From positions 3,768-67,767 of the forward strand of contig JAFYBN010000059.1 of the NCBI GenBank assembly GCA_017540175.1: a stretch of DNA of 64,000 bases, written 5' to 3'. Both the position numbers and the translations under genes were made by a program. This stretch comes from Clostridia bacterium (GTDB taxonomy: Bacteria > Bacillota > Clostridia > Oscillospirales > CAG-272). A model generated the notes under the pieces. It was not told the origin of the DNA. It ran no database searches and was given only the letters and a program-made list of their open reading frames with translations. Below, one piece after another: positions 54,981 through 63,220 of this stretch (within the stretch, counting starts at the first letter, position 1; the number at the start of each line of letters is the position of its first letter).

Positions 54981-55012
54981 CCAAGACGGGGGCTTTCTTC
55001 CCCCCTCCCCCC

Positions 55013-55525
55013 TCACATCATCCTATACGCTTCCTCCGCGAGCCGGTGCCACATTTCCCGGTCCGCGCCGCCGTCCGGCTCCATGCCCGCCCGCTCGCGG
55101 TACTGCCGGACGGCTTTTTCCGTGGGACCGTCGTAGATCCCTGTGACGGGCACGGGATCGAAACCGTAGAACGCGCCCAGCTCGCCGAGCAGCGCCTGCA
55201 AAACGCGGACGCTGTCCGACCGGTCCCCCTCTCTCAGGCGGAAATCCGGATCGGCCGGCACGGAGAGCAGGGGCACAGGCGCGATCCGGCCGCTTTCTCG
55301 GCGGCTGAGATCCACAAGCCGATCCCATGTTTCCCGTCCGCAGACCCCGGTCGCGGGCAGACCGCCCCACTCCTGAAACGCCCGCACCGCCGCCTCCGTC
55401 TGCGGGTTGTACACTCCCGTGACGTTGACCTTGATCTTCGGGAGATCGAATCTTCGGGCAAGCCAGCGCAGCATCCTCTGCAGCCGCGCGATCCGTTCCC
55501 GGTCGTTCGTTTGATTGACGAGCAT
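55013..55525 (-). CDS. Protein with two peptidoglycan-binding (PG_binding_1-like) domains, no signal peptide
   Basis: Two copies of the …TGVYNPQTEAAVRAFQEWGGLPATGVCGRETWDRL… / …TGIYDGPTEKAVRQYRERAGMEPDGGADREMWHRL… pattern. Confidence 0.7.
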   Translation of the reverse strand: MLVNQTNDRERIARLQRMLRWLARRFDLPKIKVNVTGVYNPQTEAAVRAFQEWGGLPATGVCGRETWDRLVDLSRRESGRIAPVPLLSVPADPDFRLREGDRSDSVRVLQALLGELGAFYGFDPVPVTGIYDGPTEKAVRQYRERAGMEPDGGADREMWHRLAEEAYRMM

Positions 55526-55615
55526 AGTACCACCTCTTATCCGTTTCGTAAAATCGCCCGCGGAGCCGTCGGGTATTCCGATCCAAAACCTACTCCGCTG
55601 CGTTCGGCCTCTTCT

Positions 55616-57022
55616 TTACGCGCCCATGCTTCCGCCGAACTGCGCCGCGTCCCCGTATTCTCCTTCGACGACGGCGCGGTACGCGGAGGCGAGGGAATCC
55701 CAGGTGAAGGACGAGATGACGCCCGTCGGATCGAGCCCCGCGATCCGCTGCCAGGTGCGGACGGCAAGCGCGGTCGCGGGACCGAAGATCCCGTCCTCCG
55801 TGAGGGGAGGGATCGCGGAATAAATCTCCCCAAGCCGGTTCAGCCAGCGCTGGACGGCGCGCACGTCCTCCCCGCGCGAGCCCTGCCGCAGGGGCATCCC
55901 GGGATAGGGAGCGGTGCGCGCCGCGAAGTAATCGTCCGGAAGGGACGCGCGGAGGTTCACATAGGCGTCGTACAGCCGCTCGCCCGTTTCGGCATCGACC
56001 TCCCCGGTCACGGACAGACCGACCTCGTATTGAAAATCTTCCACGGACTGCTTGGTCAGCGGCCCGAAAATGCCGTCGATCTCCACGGGGCGCACTGCCT
56101 CGATGAAATCCGAGACGAACCGGAGCAGGTACTGCAGCTCCCGCACCTCCGAGCCGCGCAGTCCTTCGTAGAGCCGGTCGTCGAACAGCAGGGTCACGTC
56201 CTCGATGGAGACGCCTTCGGAATTCAGGTCCGAAAGGCTTTTGACCGCGGCGTAAACCCGCTCGATGGCGTACCACGTGCCGCGGTCGATCTCCCCGGTC
56301 TCCTCCAGCGCGAACTGACGCTGAAAGCTCTTCACGGCGTCCGCGGTTTCCGCCGAGTAGAAGCCGTTCACATCCCGGATCTTCGGGATGCCGGGGAAGT
56401 TCTTCGAGATGCGGTTCAGCCTGATCTGCGCGAGGTACACGTCGTCGCCGAACATTTCCGGTTTGAGGGGCTCGCCGGGCCAGCTCTCCCGCACGCCCTC
56501 CACGGCGACGTTTTCCACAAGCTCGATGTCGTCCCCATAGTAATAGCGCAGAATGTCCACGGGAGAGTACCCGGCGTTCGCGAGCTCCACGGAGCCCCAC
56601 TGCGAGAGCCCGCCGCACTGCACCTCGAGTCCGTCGCAGTACAGGGCGAAGAGAGGTTCGACCGAGCCCTCGCGCCGGATGTAGGAATTGAAGACCTGAT
56701 CGACGAGACGGGAGACGTTCTCGAAAATGTCGCGCCCGTAGACGTAGGACTGATCGATCGAGGTGGAGTTCGTGATCTGAAAATCGTAGCCCCGGCTCGG
56801 GTAGTATTCGGTGTAAACGCGGTTGAGGGCAAAGCTGATCTGGGCGTAGATGTTCGCGAGCAGGGCGCTTTCGGGCCAGGTCGGGTAGATTTCGCTCGAC
56901 GCGACGTTTTTGATGTAATCCGCGAACGGCACGGTGACGTTGCGCGCCGGGGTGTTCGGAGAGCCGAGATGCACCGTGATGTTTTCCGGTATGATCGGCA
57001 AAAGGGCGTTTTGAGCGTTCAA
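55616..57022 (-). CDS. SpoIID/LytB-like N-terminal domain protein with three to four PG_binding_1-like repeats
   Basis: TTG start with a strong AAAGGAGGAT RBS. N-terminus …VPFADYIKNVASSEIYPTWPESALLANIYAQISFALNRVY… is SpoIID-like. Repeated …DGIFGPLTKQSVEDFQ… / …DGIFGPATALAVRTWQ… motifs. Confidence 0.65.
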   Translation of the reverse strand: MNAQNALLPIIPENITVHLGSPNTPARNVTVPFADYIKNVASSEIYPTWPESALLANIYAQISFALNRVYTEYYPSRGYDFQITNSTSIDQSYVYGRDIFENVSRLVDQVFNSYIRREGSVEPLFALYCDGLEVQCGGLSQWGSVELANAGYSPVDILRYYYGDDIELVENVAVEGVRESWPGEPLKPEMFGDDVYLAQIRLNRISKNFPGIPKIRDVNGFYSAETADAVKSFQRQFALEETGEIDRGTWYAIERVYAAVKSLSDLNSEGVSIEDVTLLFDDRLYEGLRGSEVRELQYLLRFVSDFIEAVRPVEIDGIFGPLTKQSVEDFQYEVGLSVTGEVDAETGERLYDAYVNLRASLPDDYFAARTAPYPGMPLRQGSRGEDVRAVQRWLNRLGEIYSAIPPLTEDGIFGPATALAVRTWQRIAGLDPTGVISSFTWDSLASAYRAVVEGEYGDAAQFGGSMGA

Positions 57023-57109
57023 TCGGATCCTCCTTTCGGGGATGGGGCAGGGATCGGACGGGAGAAGGAGAGGGACGGACGGGGCATCGGCGGGGCTGCG
57101 CGGCGGGGA

Positions 57110-57571
57110 TCAGCGGGTGCCGCCGGTGAGCATTCCGTTTTCGTTTCCGATGTCCTCGCGCCGCAGTCCGCCCGGCTGAAGCGCTTCGACGTCCGGCGTC
57201 TCGTACAGCGCGGTGCGCCCGAACGCGCCGGGCATCGCGTCCGCTTCGCCGAGGGGGATGAGCGTGACGTTCTGGAGCGAAACGACGCCGGGAAAAACCG
57301 GCACGGCGACGTATTCGGCGGGGTAATAACCGTCCGCCATGACCTGTATGCCGTACAGCGCGTAGGGCCGGGCGGCGCCGGGACGCAGGCTTTCCCCTTC
57401 GTCGGGGGCGGGAAGCCCGACGGTGGGCGTCAGACCGTCCTCGTCCGTGCGCAGGGAATAGAGCACGTCGCCCCCGCCCTCCTCCGCGTAGTCCGTGATA
57501 TACACGAGCGCGCCCGCTATCGGGATCGTGCCGTTCGCTTCCGAAACGAAAATCCTTTGAAATCCGGTCAT
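57110..57571 (-). CDS. Small beta-sandwich (carboxypeptidase-regulatory-like) protein, first gene of the PG-binding trio
   Basis: Start set at the ATG at 57571 (AGAGGTGAT RBS). …IPIAGALVYITDY…LRTDEDGLTP…QVMADGYYP… pattern. The function call is weak. Confidence 0.45.
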   Translation of the reverse strand: MTGFQRIFVSEANGTIPIAGALVYITDYAEEGGGDVLYSLRTDEDGLTPTVGLPAPDEGESLRPGAARPYALYGIQVMADGYYPAEYVAVPVFPGVVSLQNVTLIPLGEADAMPGAFGRTALYETPDVEALQPGGLRREDIGNENGMLTGGTR

Positions 57572-57984
57572 GGGATCACCTCTTTTTGAAGCAGTCTTTC
57601 CCATTGTATGCGCACGCCCGAAAATCGGTTCGTGCAAGCGGAATATACATTGGAATTCACATGCTAATGGATAAATATGCAAAAATTCAAGGGTCGGTTG
57701 AATGCAGAAGCTGCCAATATATGGAATTACAACGGCCAAATAATGGTAAAATAAATACCATTAAATGGGAATTTTCAGCCGTTATTTCACATAAAACGCA
57801 AAAACGTGTGAAATTTTGCAAGTGTTTCTTGAATTTTTGAATTTTTCGTAAATTCAAGAACGGCTTTATTGCAATCCGCGTCAAAATGTGGTACCCTGTG
57901 ATCGGAAACAAAACCCGCCCCAAAAATGCATAAACGAACGCGGGAGCGGAAACCGATTTTTATCATCGAAAAGGAGAGTTTATC

Positions 57985-59391
57985 ATGACGGACAGAAGCA
58001 TCATCGGACAGCGGATCGCGGAGCTGAGAAAAGAAAAGGGCTGGACGCAGGCGGAGCTTGCGGACAAGCTCTGTGTGACTCATCAGGCGGTCTCCCAGTG
58101 GGAGCGCAGCGAAACCCTGCCGGACATCCTCACCCTGCCGAAGCTCGCGGAGATCTTCGGCGAAAGCATCAATGCCATCCTCGGAACCGAGGAACCCGCG
58201 GCCGCGCCGACGCCCGACACAGCCGCGCCGACCCCCGAGGTGTCCGCTGAGGAAGCGGCCCTGAAACAGAGCATCGAAGAAAGACTCGCCGCGCTGAACG
58301 AGGAGCTGAAGGCGCGCGAAGCGGCGGAGCTTGCCGCGCAGCAGGCGCAGGAGAATGCAAAAGAAGAAGCGGAAGACGGGCAGGAAGCGGAAAACACGGA
58401 AGACGCGGAAACCGTCGAAGGCAAGAGCGAAGCGGCCGGGGAAGAGCAGTCTCAGAAATCCGACGACGGCTTCTATCACTTCGAGATCCCGGCGATCAAT
58501 ATCCCGGCGGTCCCCGAGCTTCACATTCCCCTCATCAACATCCCCGCGAAGCAGATCAGCATTCCGAAATTCAACATGCCGAACAGAGAGACGGTCGAGG
58601 ATAAGATCAAGAGCGGCGCGGAGCAGTTCAGGGCGCAAACCGAAAAAATCGAGAAGCAGATCCGTGACGGCGTCGAAAAGAGCCGTGCGCAGTTTGAAAA
58701 GGCGTTCTCCGATGTTGAGACCGACCGGTCCCGCGCGGATGTGAACGTCGAAGCGGACGACTTCTCCCTCCCGGAGACGGATTACGTTTTCGATTTTGAG
58801 GACAGCGACGAGGACTACGAAATCGCAATCATCAAGGACGGCGAGATCGTCACGAGCTTTGTCGGCAGCCCGGACAGCTTTGTGAAGATCGAGCTGAACA
58901 ACCTCGGCGGCTCGCTCAAATCCACTCTCAGCGTCACGGTGAACGGCGATGTCAGCGGCGATGTCGAAGCCGGTACCTCCGTCACGGTGAACGGCGATGT
59001 CAGCGGAGATCTGGACGCCGGGAGCTCCGTCACGGTCGGCGGGTCGGCGGCAGGCAGCATCGACGCGGGCGCGGGCGTCACGGTCGGCGGGACGGTCGAA
59101 GGCAGCGTCGACGCGGGCGCGGGCGTGACGGTCGGCGGAAACGTCGAAGGCGACGTGGATGCGGGCGGCCGGGTCGAGATCGGCGGGGACGTCGAAGGAA
59201 ACGTGGACGCGGGCGGAAGCGTTGAGATCAGAGGCTCGGTCGACGGCGACGTGGACGCCGGTTCCCGCGTGGAGATCGAAGGGGATGTGGACGGCTCGGT
59301 TTCCACCAGCGGCAACATCCAGATCGGCGGCGACGTGAACGGCGACGTCGAAGGCGGCAAGGTCATCATCAACGGTGATCTGAACAACTGA
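57985..59391 (+). CDS. XRE-family HTH protein fused to an acidic linker and a C-terminal 16-aa-periodic beta-helical (bactofilin-like) repeat domain
   Basis: HTH: IGQRIAELRKEKGWTQAELADKLCVTHQAVSQWERSETLPDILTLPKLAEIF. C-terminus: about 9 repeats of V(T/E)(V/I)GG.V.G.VDAG…. AAAGGAGAG RBS. Confidence 0.8.
   Translation: MTDRSIIGQRIAELRKEKGWTQAELADKLCVTHQAVSQWERSETLPDILTLPKLAEIFGESINAILGTEEPAAAPTPDTAAPTPEVSAEEAALKQSIEERLAALNEELKAREAAELAAQQAQENAKEEAEDGQEAENTEDAETVEGKSEAAGEEQSQKSDDGFYHFEIPAINIPAVPELHIPLINIPAKQISIPKFNMPNRETVEDKIKSGAEQFRAQTEKIEKQIRDGVEKSRAQFEKAFSDVETDRSRADVNVEADDFSLPETDYVFDFEDSDEDYEIAIIKDGEIVTSFVGSPDSFVKIELNNLGGSLKSTLSVTVNGDVSGDVEAGTSVTVNGDVSGDLDAGSSVTVGGSAAGSIDAGAGVTVGGTVEGSVDAGAGVTVGGNVEGDVDAGGRVEIGGDVEGNVDAGGSVEIRGSVDGDVDAGSRVEIEGDVDGSVSTSGNIQIGGDVNGDVEGGKVIINGDLNN
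58933..59364 (+). repeat. Nine in-frame 48-bp tandem repeats (diverging 5' to 3')
   Basis: Units start at 58933, 58981, 59029 and so on. The first two share gtcacggtgaacggcgatgtcagcgg. Confidence 0.9.
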
Positions 59392-59445
59392 GGCACCGGA
59401 GCCGGCGGGAGGCGCCTCCCGAACACGCCGGACTGAACGGAAAAA

Positions 59446-59476
59446 CCGCTTTCCCCTCCCGGGAGAGCGGTTTTTT
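59446..59476 (+). terminator. Rho-independent terminator after the HTH-repeat gene
   Basis: Stem ccgcttt/agagcgg enclosing cccctcccggg, followed by tttttt. Confidence 0.6.
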
Positions 59477-59507
59477 GCGAGCAGGGGGCGAAGTCACGCT
59501 TTTCCCC

Positions 59508-59536
59508 TTGCTTTTTCCGTCCGATTACGGTATAAT
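59508..59536 (+). promoter_or_regulatory. Sigma-70 promoter for the amidotransferase-thiI gene string
   Basis: TTGCTT (59508-59513), 17 nt spacer, TATAAT (59531-59536). Confidence 0.55.
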
Positions 59537-59571
59537 AAAGCATTACAAAACGCCATAATCGGAGTGATTCC

Positions 59572-60273
59572 ATGCTGACCGTTGCCATGACCCCGTCCGT
59601 TACCGAAACGGGGATCCAAATCCACGCGCGCTACGAAAATTATGTCCTCTCCGGCGCTCCCTTCGTCGGGGAGACCGTCTGCCCCGTGATCCTGCCCCTC
59701 ACTGCGGACCTCTCCCTCGTTTCCCGTTACGCGGAGATGTTCGACGCCTATCTCATGACGGGCGGAGGCGACGTCGATCCAAAATATTACGGCGAAGAGC
59801 GGCATCCGCTCTGCGGGGAGCCGAGCGAAAAACGCGACCGGTTCGAGATCGCCCTGCTGCACGAGCTCGTCCGGCTGAAGCGTCCCGTCTTCGGCATCTG
59901 CCGCGGCATTCAAATGATGAACGTCGCGCTCGGCGGCACCCTCTGGCAGGACATCGGTTCCCAGCTGACCGTGGAGCCCCACCTCTCAAACCCGGAGCAG
60001 ACGCACACCGTGTATGTGTCCGGCTCGCTCGCGGAGCTTTTCGGCAAAACGGAGATTCTGACGAACAGCTGGCACCATCAGGCGGTCGCCGTCCCCGGCG
60101 AGGGGCTGAAGGTGTTCGCGCGCTCGCGGGACGGCGTGATCGAGGCGGTCGCGCACGAAAGCCTGCCGTTCTACCGCGCGGTGCAGTGGCATCCCGAAAT
60201 GCACCCGGAAGACGAAATCTCAAAAAAACTGATCGCGGCCTTCCTCGCGGCGGCGCGGGACAACAAGGCATAA
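59572..60273 (+). CDS. Class I glutamine amidotransferase-like / peptidase C26 (gamma-glutamyl-GABA hydrolase family)
   Basis: GICRGIQMMNVALGGTLWQDI catalytic Cys motif, NSWHHQAV, and QWHPE at the C-terminus. Confidence 0.8.
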   Translation: MLTVAMTPSVTETGIQIHARYENYVLSGAPFVGETVCPVILPLTADLSLVSRYAEMFDAYLMTGGGDVDPKYYGEERHPLCGEPSEKRDRFEIALLHELVRLKRPVFGICRGIQMMNVALGGTLWQDIGSQLTVEPHLSNPEQTHTVYVSGSLAELFGKTEILTNSWHHQAVAVPGEGLKVFARSRDGVIEAVAHESLPFYRAVQWHPEMHPEDEISKKLIAAFLAAARDNKA

Positions 60274-60305
60274 CAAAATCACAAGGGCGGAAAAGGATTA
60301 TCAAT

Positions 60306-61502
60306 ATGGAAAAGAAAATCACGGAGGTCATCCTCTGCAAATACGGCGAACTCATTCTGAAGGGCACCAACCGGAGCACCTTCGAGGCCCAGCTTCTGCG
60401 CGAGGTGCGCCGCCGCGCCGCGTTCTTCGGGCGCTTCGACGTGCACGCGAACCAGTCGACGGTCTACGTCGAGCCGGAGAATGAGGAGTCCGCCGACCGC
60501 ATCGACGAGCTGTACGCGCAGCTCAAAAAGGTCTTCGGCTTCGTCGCGCTGTGCAAGGCGGCTGTGAGCGAAAAGACGCTCGAGGCGATCCTCGAGACGG
60601 CGAAGGCGTATCTGCCCGCGAAGCTCGCGGGCGTGAAGACCTTCAAATGCGAGGCGAAGCGCAGCGACAAGCGCTTCCCCCTGTCCTCCCCCGAGCTCGC
60701 GGGCGAGGCGGGCGGCGCGATCCTTGAGGCGATGCCCCATCTCACGGTCAATCTCACCGAGCCGGACGTCGTCGTCAAGATCGAGGTGCGGGAGCAGTAC
60801 GCCTACATCCACGCCGGTCAGGACAAGGGCGCGGGCGGCATGCCCATCGGCTCGGCGGGGAAGGGAATGCTTCTCCTCTCCGGCGGCATCGATTCCCCCG
60901 TCGCGGGCTGGCGCATGATGCGCCGCGGCATGACGGTGGAATGCGTGCATTTCGAATCCTTCCCCTACACGAGCGAGGCGGCGCGCGAAAAGGTCTTCGA
61001 GCTTGCCGCCGAGCTTGCCGAGTTCTGCGGAAAAATCAAGGTCCACGTCATATCCCTCACGCACATTCAGGAATCCCTGCGCGACCGGTGCGAGGAGGAT
61101 TATTTCACCCTGCTGCTGCGCCGGTTCATGATGAAGCTCGCGTCGCGCAGCGCGGAGGAAAACGGCTGTCCCGCGCTCATCACCGGGGAATCCCTCGGTC
61201 AGGTCGCGTCCCAGACCTTAAAGGCGATGGTCGTGACCGAGGACGCCGCGGACCGCCCGGTCTTCCGTCCCCTCATCGGCATGGATAAGGAGGAAATCGT
61301 CGTGAACGCCCGCGAGATCGGCACGTTCGACACATCCATCCTCCCCTACGACGACTGCTGCACCGTCTTCACGCCGCGGCATCCCCGCACCCAGCCGGAG
61401 CTTGAAAAGGTGCTCCGCGAGGAAGGCCGCGTGGATGTCGACGCCCTGCTTGAGGAAGCGTGGGGAACGCGTCACTGCGTCGTGATCGAGCAGCAGATCT
61501 GA
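60306..61502 (+). CDS. thiI: tRNA 4-thiouridine(8) synthase ThiI
   Basis: N-terminal ferredoxin-like/THUMP region (ILCKYGELILKG.NR), PP-loop SGGIDSPVA. Start at the ATG at 60306. Confidence 0.88.
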   Translation: MEKKITEVILCKYGELILKGTNRSTFEAQLLREVRRRAAFFGRFDVHANQSTVYVEPENEESADRIDELYAQLKKVFGFVALCKAAVSEKTLEAILETAKAYLPAKLAGVKTFKCEAKRSDKRFPLSSPELAGEAGGAILEAMPHLTVNLTEPDVVVKIEVREQYAYIHAGQDKGAGGMPIGSAGKGMLLLSGGIDSPVAGWRMMRRGMTVECVHFESFPYTSEAAREKVFELAAELAEFCGKIKVHVISLTHIQESLRDRCEEDYFTLLLRRFMMKLASRSAEENGCPALITGESLGQVASQTLKAMVVTEDAADRPVFRPLIGMDKEEIVVNAREIGTFDTSILPYDDCCTVFTPRHPRTQPELEKVLREEGRVDVDALLEEAWGTRHCVVIEQQI

Positions 61503-61537
61503 GCGCGTGAAAAAGCTCATGAACGGAACCAGCTGCG

Positions 61538-62476
61538 ATGATGAGTGAATGCAGGCTATGTCCGCGGCTCTGCTGCGTCGACCGGAGGAGCGCGCGCGGC
61601 TTCTGCGGCGCGGGAGAGGAGATCGAGGTCTCAAAGATCATGCTCCACCACTGGGAGGAGCCGCCCATTTCGGGCGATCCCCGGGGGGAGAGGGGCTCAG
61701 GCGCGATTTTCTTCACCCATTGCTCCCTCGGGTGCGTCTATTGCCAGAACCGGAAAATCAGCGTCCGCCGCGCACAGGGGGAGAGCTATTCCCCCGCCCG
61801 CCTCGCGGACGAAATGCTCCGCCTCGAGGAGCAGGGCGCGTACAACATCAACCTTGTGACGCCGACCCATTATTCGGACGCCCTGACCGAAGCGGTCCAT
61901 GAGGCGAGAAAACGGGGGCTGAGCGTGCCCGTCGTGTGGAACACGGGGGGATACGAGCTGCCCGAGGTCATAGAATCGCTCCGCGGCACGGTCGACATCT
62001 TCCTCACGGATTTCAAATACGCCTCCTCCGCGCTCGCCGAACGCTATTCCGGCGCGCCGGATTACCCCGAGCGCGCCCGCGCGTCGCTCGAGGTCATGGC
62101 AAAGATCGCGGGGCCGTGCGAATTCGGGGACGACGGCATGATGAAGCGCGGCGTGATCGTGCGCCATCTCGTGCTGCCCTCGCACGCCGACGATTCGATC
62201 CGGGTCCTGTGCACCGTTGCGGAAACGACCGGAACCGAAGCCGTGCGCCTGTCCCTCATGGCGCAGTACACACCCGATTTTCTCCCGCCGCCTTCCGCCT
62301 CGTCCTCATTGAAGCCGGACGCGGAAGGGGCTGAGCGGGACCGCTATCGATCCCTGCGCCGCCGCGTGACGACCTATGAGTACGACAAGGTTTCGAAAGA
62401 GGCGGTCCGTCTCGGCTTCGACGGCTGGATGCAGGAACGCTCGTCCGCCGTCACGCGGTTTACTCCCGATTTTTGA
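61538..62476 (+). CDS. Radical SAM protein, PflX/YjjW-like (activase-like)
   Basis: N-terminal Cys cluster CRLCPRLCCVDRRSARGFCG and radical-SAM motif CSLGCVYCQN. Confidence 0.8.
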   Translation: MMSECRLCPRLCCVDRRSARGFCGAGEEIEVSKIMLHHWEEPPISGDPRGERGSGAIFFTHCSLGCVYCQNRKISVRRAQGESYSPARLADEMLRLEEQGAYNINLVTPTHYSDALTEAVHEARKRGLSVPVVWNTGGYELPEVIESLRGTVDIFLTDFKYASSALAERYSGAPDYPERARASLEVMAKIAGPCEFGDDGMMKRGVIVRHLVLPSHADDSIRVLCTVAETTGTEAVRLSLMAQYTPDFLPPPSASSSLKPDAEGAERDRYRSLRRRVTTYEYDKVSKEAVRLGFDGWMQERSSAVTRFTPDF

Positions 62477-62493
62477 AGGAGAACCAAAGGAAG

Positions 62494-63195
62494 ATGACAT
62501 ATGTAATGGCGGATCTTCATGGCAACGCGCAGCGGTTTCGCGACGTGATGGAGAAAATCGATCTCAAGGCGGACGACACGCTCTATGTGCTCGGCGACGT
62601 GATCGACCGTTATCCGGACGGCGTCGCCATCCTGCAGACGCTCATGGAGCTGCCGCAGGCGAAGATGCTGCTTGGCAATCACGAATATATGATGCTGAAC
62701 GCCCTCGACCCGCAGAGTGCCGGGGACGGCGGGGCGGAAGCGGAAGACGCGCGTGCGTATGCGCTCGCGCTGTGGTATTACAACGGTGGAATGGCGACGC
62801 ACGACGCGATGAACGCGCTGAGCGGTGAGGAGAGAAGCCGGATTTTCCGCCGTCTCCGCAGCCTGCCTCTGAACCTGGAAGCGACGGTCGGGGAGAAGAA
62901 GTTTCTCTTTGTCCACGGCGCGCCCGTTTCGCTTTGTCCGGAGGGCGAGGACCCGACGTACTGGGCGGTCTGGACGAGACTGACGCCCGACTGCGAACTG
63001 CCGGAGGACAAAACCGTGATTTTCGGGCACACGCCGACTTCGCATTACCAGTTTACAAATCCCCTGTCCGTCTGGTTCGGACAGAGCCGGATCGGCATCG
63101 ACTGCGGCGCGGGCTATCCGTCCGATTGCGCGCGGAGCGGCAGACTCGCGTGCGTGCGGCTCGAGGACATGGCGATTTATTATTCGGAGAACTGA
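62494..63195 (+). CDS. Metallophosphoesterase (Ser/Thr phosphatase / PrpE-ApaH-like)
   Basis: DLHGN, GDVIDRYPDG and GNHEY motifs. The start is ambiguous (TTG 62473, ATG 62494 or ATG 62506). Confidence 0.8.
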   Translation: MTYVMADLHGNAQRFRDVMEKIDLKADDTLYVLGDVIDRYPDGVAILQTLMELPQAKMLLGNHEYMMLNALDPQSAGDGGAEAEDARAYALALWYYNGGMATHDAMNALSGEERSRIFRRLRSLPLNLEATVGEKKFLFVHGAPVSLCPEGEDPTYWAVWTRLTPDCELPEDKTVIFGHTPTSHYQFTNPLSVWFGQSRIGIDCGAGYPSDCARSGRLACVRLEDMAIYYSEN

Positions 63196-63220
63196 TTCGA
63201 AAGCAAGGACGGTTTTCGGC

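Noticed and set aside
54935-57589. 884-aa plus-strand ORF
   Set aside because: It covers the hairpin cluster and three well-supported minus-strand genes (strong RBSs, PG_binding/SpoIID-like motifs). The translation is R/G/P/A/D-rich with no domain.
57586-57840. 84-aa ORF in the AT-rich intergenic region
   Set aside because: It has no RBS and its codon usage is unlike the neighbouring genes. It more likely reflects promoter/operator DNA.
58933-59364. Regular 48-bp repeats (also 63-bp repeats at 13130-13255 and 15-bp repeats at 50698-50820) as possible CRISPR arrays
   Set aside because: The repeats are contiguous with no unique spacers, are in-frame within well-supported CDSs and encode periodic peptide motifs. 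No cas genes are nearby.
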